From the NCBI RefSeq assembly GCF_000281045.1, contig NW_008246083.1, positions 4,057 to 37,589 of the forward strand: 33,533 bases of DNA, in the 5' to 3' direction. Of the stretch, positions 10,006-18,751 are shown piece after piece. The notes under the pieces are model-generated. The model was given only the letters and a program-made list of their open reading frames with translations, was not told the origin of the DNA and searched no databases. This DNA comes from Saprolegnia diclina VS20 (taxonomy: Eukaryota). The translations under genes and the position numbers were made by a program. Numbering within the stretch: the stretch's first letter is position 1; each line of letters begins with the position of its first letter.

Positions 10006-11445
10006 ATGGCGACAGGACCGGTGCTCTACGCGGCGCTGCTCGGGCTCTCGGGCTACATGCCGCTTGCGATCCTCGTATACTTGCGTCGGCGCGGGTACCC
10101 GTCAATCCGGTTTGGCAACCCGGTGCAAACCGCGCTCTGCAGCTCGCTCGCGACGCTTGTCTCGATCGGAATGCTCGTGCTCTTGCTGCTCCGAGACTCG
10201 ATCTCGTGCGCTGTTCTCGTCGGCTTTGAGTACTTTAGCGTCAACGCGACGCTCATTGCGCTCCTCGTGACCGAGCTCAGCATCGTGCTCACGTTTGAGC
10301 TCACGGAAGAGATCGCCGACCACCACGACTACAGCACGGAATCCGCGACCAAGCTCTCGCAACAACGCATCAAGGTCCTCCGCGCGATGTTGTCGCTGCG
10401 CGGCCTCGGTCTCCTCTGGGGTGTCGCGCACATTCTCTGGCTCGGGCTCCCGATCGCGATTGTCGGCCCCGAAGCGCTCGCATCCCTCCCGTCCCCAAAC
10501 GCGACCGTGACCGACTGCTTTGCGCCCGTGGGCGGGGACGTCTCGCCGCTCGCCATCGTTTCGTTTGTGCACGCAAGCCTCTTCATCGCGACGTACGCGC
10601 TTCTCTCGTACTTTTTAGCGCGCGTCATGGACAACTTTGGGCTTTGCTTTCGGTACCGGCTCATGGGCGGGCTCCTCGCCCTCGTCTTTCTTGGGTACGC
10701 TGTCTGCGTTGCACTCGAAGCCAACGCGGACCTCCAAGCGGTCGGCGCGCGCTACATTCTGCTGAGCCTCGGCGGCCACGCGGTCGTGTTGGCGCAGATC
10801 GTGTTCCCGATATTCGCATCGCGCTCCGAGCGCATTTACGAAGACGGCGCGATGGTCCTGCACACGACCAAGATGAACCTCCTCGAGACGTACCTCGAGA
10901 CGGCAGAGGGGTACCGCGCGTTTGCCGAGTTTGCACGCATCCAGTTCAGCTACGAGAATGCGGTCGCGTGGAAGGCGTGTGCTGATTTCAAAAAGGGCGG
11001 CGGCGACTCGCACGCGATCTACAACACGTACATCAAGGCGCAGTCGGTGCTCGAGACTAACATTCCAGGCACGCTACGCAAGTACTACTTTGACATCTTT
11101 GAGAAGAGCCGCAAGGGCCACAAGGTGCTCGGGTACCACACGGCGCTCGACAAGGACTTTGGCGTCTTTGATAAGTTTCGAGACGCCATTCTCAAGCTCA
11201 TGGTGCTCGACACGCTGCCGCGCTTTCAAAACCACGCGCTTGGAAAAGGCTGGAGCCCGTTTGTCGAGACGCAAGAGAGCCACTTTGTGCTCAACCACCT
11301 CATGGACGCGATCGAGCAGCCGAAAAACCTCGTCGTACCCTTTGATGGCCAAGTGCAAACGGTCGTCGACCGCGTGCGTCGGGTGTCGTCGTCGCCGTCG
11401 GGCAAAGCCAGGAAAGAGTTTCTCCCGGACCGAAGAGAATCATAG
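10006..11445 (+). CDS. 7TM-RGS protein (seven-transmembrane domain fused to an RGS GTPase-activating domain), 479 aa, intronless
   Basis: Likely start is ATG 10006, after an Inr/FPR-like TCATTTTTGGCTTTG at ~9990. Seven hydrophobic segments, then RGS signatures: LETYLETAEGYRAFAEFA, FSYENAVAW, AIYNTYI, LETNI, VFDKFRDAILKLMVLDTLPRF. Confidence 0.88.
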   Translation: MATGPVLYAALLGLSGYMPLAILVYLRRRGYPSIRFGNPVQTALCSSLATLVSIGMLVLLLLRDSISCAVLVGFEYFSVNATLIALLVTELSIVLTFELTEEIADHHDYSTESATKLSQQRIKVLRAMLSLRGLGLLWGVAHILWLGLPIAIVGPEALASLPSPNATVTDCFAPVGGDVSPLAIVSFVHASLFIATYALLSYFLARVMDNFGLCFRYRLMGGLLALVFLGYAVCVALEANADLQAVGARYILLSLGGHAVVLAQIVFPIFASRSERIYEDGAMVLHTTKMNLLETYLETAEGYRAFAEFARIQFSYENAVAWKACADFKKGGGDSHAIYNTYIKAQSVLETNIPGTLRKYYFDIFEKSRKGHKVLGYHTALDKDFGVFDKFRDAILKLMVLDTLPRFQNHALGKGWSPFVETQESHFVLNHLMDAIEQPKNLVVPFDGQVQTVVDRVRRVSSSPSGKARKEFLPDRRES

Positions 11446-11814
11446 CTTCCTAGTCTTTTCTATACAGTACAATAGTCGATCTTTCACACATAATAGCATT
11501 TTCGCCTTGGCCACACTCTTGTCAATTGGTATGTACTACAAACTAGACGAAGCGTGTGTTGTCTTGTGTCGACACGACTACCAGTACGAGCTCCAGTAAG
11601 AGTTGCGTGGAGCCGAGTAGGAATTACGGGTGCATAAAGTACGAATTAGCGCGCAACGCGGCCCTGTCGTATCCGGAAAAGTCGGCGGTTGCCGCGATCG
11701 AATACGCTCAACATTTGTATCGCGATCTAACGTGGTCGGTTTCCATCCGGATACGCAAGATCCAAATGGTGGCTGGAACGTCGCGCTTACTTTAGCTTTG
11801 TCCAAGTCACGAGT

Positions 11815-12612
11815 ATGCCGCGAGAGAGTTATACGCCCGAAGACATTTTGGACCTCGAGACGCCGACCAAGTGTATGCGCTTCATTCTTATTGCATGGAT
11901 CTTATAGGCTGCGTATGGACTAGCGTTTCTGTGCCCGATGAGCGCCAACGTCTACGGCATTGACTTTCTCAAGTTCCAGATCATCGACTACGACACGAAG
12001 CGCAAGATCTTCCAGGTAGAGTCTCGATGGTGAAATCGCTGGCTATCGACGTGGCGCCAGGTCGGCCGCGACTGTCCGCCGCGTGCAGCGGCCAAAATGG
12101 ATTTTTCGCAGCCACTGGACGAAGATTCGTTTCGGAAGATTCGGTACGAGTTTTCGGAAGACGTATTGCGGCTGCCGTCGATCATGACGTCGCTCGAGTT
12201 TTGCGTCGGGCCCAAGGAGGTGCACAACTTCCGCATGATCGAGCGCCACTACTTCCGGGACGAGCTCGTCAAGTCGTATGACTTTACCTTTGGCTTTTGC
12301 ATCCCGAGCTCGACCAACACGTGGGATGCCATCTACTCGGTGCCATCGCTCGACGAAGACCTCATTCAAGACATGGTCGCAAACCCTTATGCGACGGTCT
12401 CGGACAGCTTTTACTTTGTCGGCGACGAGCTCATCATGCACAACAAAGCCGAGTACAAGTACATCATCGAAGACCGCGCGCAGTCCAAGCGCTCGTACTA
12501 CGACAGCGACGACGACGATGCGAAGGATGCGAAAGGCGCCAAGGCCGGCGACGCCAAGCGCGCGAGCGCCAAAGAGACCAAGTGGTCAAAGGAGGACGAC
12601 TACGACGCGTAG
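11815..12612 (+). CDS. UNC119: UNC119 myristoyl-cargo chaperone (GMP_PDE_delta family)
   Basis: Exons 11815-11872, 11924-12015, 12061-12612. Motifs [74 protein letters not shown]. Confidence 0.95.
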
Positions 12613-12658
12613 AAACAACTCGGCGCGATATACTAACGATAGCATTAAGAACGAGTGC

Positions 12659-13282
12659 TTAATCGACGTCGTCACTTGTCGCGTCGAGCGACTGGTCGAG
12701 GACGCAATGCGTGCACTTGCAGGCGAGGCCAAAGCGCGCGAGCAACGACGCGCGTTTCGCCGCGCGCATGGCGGGCGTCGCGCACTCGTCGTTGTCGTCC
12801 GTCGCGTCGTACATGGTGCAGATCTCGTCGCCGGCTGCAATGTCGCGCCGCGCGTAGAGCTTCCGGAAGGGCCCGGCCTCGCGCTTGACGCGGGCGTTGG
12901 GCACACACGCGTGGTTGATGAGCGACATGATCGGGCCATGGGAGGCCAAGACGTCGTCGCCGTTACTCGCTGTGAGCGTGTACCCGAGTTGCGTCAGCGC
13001 ATTCTGGCGCGCGAGCTCTTGCTTGGTCACAAACTGGGCTTTCTCGACGAGGATGAGGTCGCCGGCGCGGAAGGCCTTGGTGGCGACGAGGCCGTTGCCG
13101 CAGTGCGCCGTGCGCTGCATGTCGACGCTCGGGTTGGACGCGGCGAGGCAGACCGGCTTGTGCGCCTTCCATATCTTGCGCTGGCAGACGCCATCGCAAA
13201 AGTACGCGAGCTTGCACTGGCCGCAGAGGCGAAGCGACGGACTCTGGCGGTGGCAGGCCAAGCACACGGCCGCGGATGCCAT
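12659..13282 (-). CDS. Compact MYND zinc finger + SET domain lysine methyltransferase (SMYD-like), 207 aa
   Basis: CLAC...LCGQCKLAYFCDGVCQRKIWKAHKPVC (MYND); GNGLVATKAFRAGDLIL, SLINHACVPNA, ARRDIAAGDEICTMY (SET); FGLACKCTHC (post-SET). Start taken at ATG 13282. Confidence 0.88.
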   Translation of the reverse strand: MASAAVCLACHRQSPSLRLCGQCKLAYFCDGVCQRKIWKAHKPVCLAASNPSVDMQRTAHCGNGLVATKAFRAGDLILVEKAQFVTKQELARQNALTQLGYTLTASNGDDVLASHGPIMSLINHACVPNARVKREAGPFRKLYARRDIAAGDEICTMYDATDDNDECATPAMRAAKRASLLARFGLACKCTHCVLDQSLDATSDDVD

Positions 13283-13797
13283 TATTGTATTCGGCTTTGG
13301 GTGGTTTTCCACGAACCGGCACTCGTACCCGACACAAATGCCACCAGCTGGTTGGCCGCATGCAATAGTTGGGCGCACGTGCAATGCGCGATGCGGCGTC
13401 TTGACGCAGGCGGCAGCATACAGTAGACATGGCAGCATACAACGGGCACGCGTTGATGGCGTCCTCGAAGCGGTTTGACTGTCGCTTATGAAATGTCTTT
13501 GGGTGGTCCGCCGACCACAACGACCGCTGGTGCCATGCAGTGCATGTATAGCACTATTACCAGAGAGCCCCAGCACTAGAGAGTGCCAGAGACGCCGGCT
13601 GCGACGCACCAGTCTATGCACCTCGAGGCAACGGGCGGCGTGAAAGGGATCAACATACCGTCAACTGGGTTTCCTAGCCGATGCGCCGGGTAAAATTGGA
13701 AGCGGGACTCGGCAATCTTCAAGGGGCGCGTCGAACCGGCGACAAGCGAGACGACGGTAAGCAGAAGAGCTCTATGCACGCATAAAGCACAGCAAGA

Positions 13798-15262
13798 ATG
13801 AGAGACGACGATATACAGCTGCGCCCTTCCTTATCGCCTCGTCGCCCGCGCGGCGCCGCCATCATCGACAACCAAGGCGACGTCGACGGCCAAAGTAGTA
13901 GTCCCGCGTCGTCGTCGATTGCCGCCCTCGACGAGAAGCAGCCGCACATGCTCTTGCGCCTCGGTCGCATCCGCGAAGCGCCCAAAGGCGCCGCCCACGC
14001 CTTGGCCATCACGCCCAAGGCACCGACCCGGCCGCGTGGCAATTCGCTCGACAGCGCCAAGCCCGAACTTGAGCACGACGACGCGTCGGCCATCGTCGCC
14101 CACGAGCGGCAACGGCACGGCCATCCGCTGTGCGTATCGAGTGGCACGGCGGCGCCCGCGCTCACCGCGTCGCTCTCCCCGCTCGCGCTCCTCTCGCCGT
14201 TTACGACCAAGCTCGACCTCCAGCTCTCCAAGTCGCCCGTCTTCCGCAAGACGCCGTTGCCGTGGCACAAGTCGCGCATTCAGTGGAAGAAGGGCGAGCT
14301 CATTGGCGAAGGCACGTTCGGCAAGGTGTACAAGGGCCTCAATAGCAAGACGGGCGAGCTCTTTGCCGTCAAAGCCATCGACCTCTCGGGCGACGACGAC
14401 AAGAAGAAATTAGCCAAACTCGGCGAAGAGATTGCCGTCATGAAGGACCTCCAGCACGTGCACATTGTGCGCTACCAAGGCACGGACCGCGACGAGCTGC
14501 ATTTCTACATCTTTATGGAGTACGTCCCGAACGGCTCGATTGCGAGGTATGTTGAGCGCTAGCCAGCCCTAAGTCTCATTTTGCGTAGCATGCTCGCGCA
14601 GTTTGGCGTCTTTGGCGTCGAAATGATTCAAAAATTCACGCGTCAGATCCTCGAGGGCGTCGCGTACCTTCACAGCAAAGGCATCATCCACCGCGACATC
14701 AAAGGTCCGTGCTCCAGCGTTGCCGACGCTTGCCAAGCCTTTGACTAGGCGCCAACGTACTCGTCAACGAGCACGGGCAAGCCAAGCTCGCCGACTTTGG
14801 CTGCTCCAAGCAAGTGCCATCGACAACGACGACCGACAGCCTCGAAGAGAGCTTGCGCTCGATCCGCGGGTCGGTTCCATGGATGGCGCCCGAAGGTAGA
14901 CATCGATCGTCGTCGGCAGGTCAACATGTATCGGCCTAGTCGTTCAGCAAACGGGCCACGATTGCAAGGCAGATATATGGAGCGTCGGTGCGACCGTGCT
15001 CGAGATGGCGACCGCGCACCACCCGTGGCCCGCGAATACGAACCACTTGTCGGTCATGTACCACTTGGCGGTCAAGCCGTCGAGTCCGCCGATCCCGATC
15101 GATTTGCCGCCATTGGCAAAAGCCTTTCTGGCGCGCTGTTTCTGCATTGATGCGCGCGGTCCTCTCGCTACGGCCATGAGAACGGGATATTTGGCTCATG
15201 CGCGTGCTGGTGTAGAGCGCGCGACGGCGACCGAGCTGCTCGCCCATCCCTTCCTGCGCTGA
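13798..15262 (+). CDS. MAP kinase kinase kinase (STE11/NPK1/MEKK-like)
   Basis: Exons 13798-14546, 14589-14704, 14749-14895, 14940-15158, 15216-15262. Motifs [82 protein letters not shown]. Confidence 0.92.
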
Positions 15263-15713
15263 CCGGCGGCGCAGATGATGATTTAACTTAAACAGCGGCC
15301 ACTTAGTATAGCTATGCATATACACAACGACGACTGTACGTATGGAACGGTGTTGTTGTTGTTGGGGAAGGGGTAGGGTTACGCACCGACGACCAAGTAC
15401 AGTACTAAAGACGGTTGACGTCTGGTTCAATTTTCAAAGTACTACACTTGGTGTGGTGGTAGTCGTCGCGTTGACTGCGACGAGTTAGTATGCGCTTCGT
15501 ACCTGACTCGATGCTTGAGCGAGTGCTATGCGAGCTATGCGTCCGTGTCTTTGGGATGGCAAGTTGCGTGCGTTCAGACAATCGACGAATTTCGATCGCA
15601 TTCTCGAACGGTCCAACACTCAAAACGAGCTCAATTGAGTTTGCCATTGCTTCAACCCGATAATCTTTCAGATTCAAAGTGGCCGCAGAACGCAAAGACG
15701 TACGTTGCGCACG

Positions 15714-18079
15714 ATGCTGTCGACACGACTCCTTGCCCGCCGACTTGTGCCGATGCACCGCCATGGCGTCGTCTACCGAGGCCTCGCCTCGTGGGTGAAC
15801 CCGGAGAACGTGCCGCAGGGCGAGAGCCTCGCCAAGTACGGCCGCGACCTCACCGTCATGGCCCGCGACGGCAAGCTGGACCCGGTCATTGGCCGCGAAG
15901 ACGAGATCCGCCGCGCGGTGCAGGTGCTCTCGCGCCGGACCAAGAACAACCCGGTCTTGATCGGCGAGCCTGGTGTTGGCAAGACCGCGATCGCCGAGGG
16001 CCTCGCGCAGCGCATTGCGTCGGGCGAGGTGCCTGAAAGCATGAAGAAGAAGAGCGTTGTCGCACTCGACTTGGCTGCGCTTGTCGCTGGCGCCAAGTTC
16101 CGCGGCGAGTTTGAAGAGCGTCTCAAGGGCGTGCTCAAGGACGTCGAAGGCAGCAACGGCGACGTCATCTTGTTCATTGACGAACTGCACATGCTCATGG
16201 GCGCGGGTGGCGGCGACGGCACGATGGACGCGGCCAACATGCTCAAGCCCGCGCTCGCTCGCGGGTCGCTGCACTGCATGGGCGCCACAACGCTCGACGA
16301 ATACCGTACGAAACCTATCTTATTTCATGCTGTGGCGAATCTGCATTTTGGCTGTAGGCAAGTACATTGAGAAGGATGCGGCGCTGGCTCGCCGGTTCCA
16401 GTCGGTGCTCGTGGTCGAGCCGTCGGTCGAAGCGACCGTCACGATCCTGCGAGGCCTCAAGGAAAAATACGAAGTGCACCACGGCGTCCGCATCGCCGAC
16501 AACGCGCTCGTGCAGGCCGCACAACTCGCTCATCGGTGCGTTCTTCCTCCGCGTCTTGTCTGACTCTAGGCGAAGGTACATTGCGGATCGCAAGATGCCC
16601 GACAAGGCCATCGATTTGGTCGACGAGGCGGCGTCGCGCCTGCGCCTTGAGCAAGAGTCCAAGCCCGAAGCCATCGAGCACCTCGAGCGCCGCATCATCA
16701 TGCGCAAGATCGAGAAGGAAGCGTTGCGCCATGAAGACGACGCGGCGTCGATCAAGCAAAAAGCGATCGTCGACGCCGACCTCGTCGCGATGGAAGCGGA
16801 GCTCCGCGAGCTCACGACCGAGTGGCAAGAAGAAAAGACGCGTCTCGAGAGCCTCAAGTCGACCAAGAAGCGGCTCGAGGAAGCCCGGCGCGAGCTCGAA
16901 ATGGCCCAGCGCCGCGGTGACTTTGCCCGCGCCGGCGAGCTCAAGCACGGTGTCATCCCGCGCCTCGAAGCCGAGTCGGAGGCCGACGACGTGGCCGAGG
17001 CGTCACCGTCCAATCCCAAGCTCCTGCTTGGTGACGCTGTCACGTCCGACCACATTGCCGCCGTGGTGGCCAAAGCCACGGGCATTCCAGTCTCGAACCT
17101 CTTGTCAGGAGAGAAGAAGCGGCTCCTCGAGATGGAAGCGTCGCTCAGCGCCCGCGTCGTCGGCCAAGACGACGCAGTGACTGCGGTCAGCGACTGCATT
17201 CGACTCGCGCGCGCCGGGCTTCACTCGCACACGCGGCCACTCGGCGTCTTCCTCTTCCTCGGGCCCACGGGTGTCGGCAAGACGGAGCTCACGAAGGCGC
17301 TGGTCGAGTTTCTCTTCCAGGACCCGTCAGCACTCACGCGCATCGACATGTCCGAGTACATGGAGAAGCACTCGGTGTCGCGGCTCATTGGTGCGCCACC
17401 GGGCTACGTCGGGTACGAGGAAGGCGGCACGCTCACGGAAGCTGTGCGCCGGCGTCCGTACCAAGTGGTGCTCTTTGATGAATTTGAGAAAGCCCATCGC
17501 GACGTATCGAACCTGCTCCTGCAAGTGTTTGACGAAGGCCGCCTCACCGACTCGCAAGGACGCCTTGTCGACTTCCGCAACACGGTCATCATTTGCACGA
17601 GCAACCTCGGCTCGGACGTGCTTGCGACCTTGCCCGAGGTACGTAGCCTATTCCGGAGGCTGCTGAGTTGAGGCGAGTAGGGCGCGCCGAGTGTCGACGC
17701 GGAAGCCGACGTGCTCCATGTGGTCCGTCAGCACTACGCCCCCGAGTTTTTGAATCGCATTGACGAGAGTGTTCTCTTCAACCGGCTAGGCCGAAGCCAG
17801 ATTCGGTCGATTGTCGACTTGCAGCTCAACGACGTCCGCGCGCTCTTGGACGAACGCGAGCTCGAGCTCCATGTCTCGGACGACGCCAAGCAGTGGCTCG
17901 CAGACGAAGGGTACAGCCCCATGTACGGCGCCCGCCCGCTCAAGCGCGTGATCCACAAGCAGCTGCTCACGCCGCTCTCGAAGCGCATCTTGGTCGGCAG
18001 CTACAAGGCCGGTGACACGGTCCGCGTCACGACCAAGCCGGCGGGGGATTCGCGCGCCAAGGAGCTTGTGTTTGAGTAG
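15714..18079 (+). CDS. clpB: ClpB/Hsp78 AAA+ disaggregase, probably mitochondrial
   Basis: Exons 15714-16305, 16358-16535, 16576(or 16570)-17638, 17681-18079. Arg-rich presequence [11 protein letters not shown] and no Clp N-domain. [22 protein letters not shown], coiled-coil middle domain, [40 protein letters not shown]. Confidence 0.96.
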
Positions 18080-18642
18080 AAACAATATATGGACGCATTG
18101 GATAGTGGATCGGCGCTCTTATATCCCGTATCCCGATGTGGAGAGAGTCGTTCGGGGTGTTGGATCGATACTATCTATCCTATATGACCATAGTCGGCTC
18201 GGATAGTTCGCGTAGTCGCCATCAGTAAACGTTGACGTGACTGTCGTCGGATCGTGGGCGGCATGCGACGCAGTGTTGCGGAAGCGAGTCGTTGGACAAC
18301 GATTAGCTGCGGATATTAGTCGTCTCTCATGATACACTATCTGCCCGACGATCACCATGCTCATCTCTCTCCCATGGTCTCTGACCCGCAGCCTCCAGAC
18401 GATCGAGTCCAGTTGCCAGCGACGAAACAAGAAGAGTTTTACGAGATGCTTCAAGCTGCTGGCAGCCTGGGAATGCACTGGAGCGAGAGCGTCGTGTACT
18501 TTTAGCCCGCTACGACTACGGACTGCAATGCCCCAATACTTGGCTCTACCCGAATCCATGGCAATCATCATGACGCATGGGTCGTTGCCGGGCTTGTCGC
18601 AAGCTCGCAGAGCCACTCGGCCCTTCCTGCCAGCTGGGCAAA

Positions 18643-18728
18643 GGCGCGCCAAATCTCGAAATTTGAATTTTGGGCCGCAGCCAGTGTCCGGATAGCGTCC
18701 GGTTGGGCCGATCGAAGAATTCAAATTT
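18643..18728 (+). promoter_or_regulatory. E2F site plus an inverted pair of CHR-like elements upstream of codanin-1
   Basis: GGCGCGCCAAA (rc TTTGGCGCGCC) at 18643-18653; AAATTTGAATTT at 18659-18670; GAATTCAAATTT at 18717-18728. ATG at 18752. Confidence 0.5.
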
Positions 18729-18751
18729 ACGTATTCCGCAACTCGCGACCG

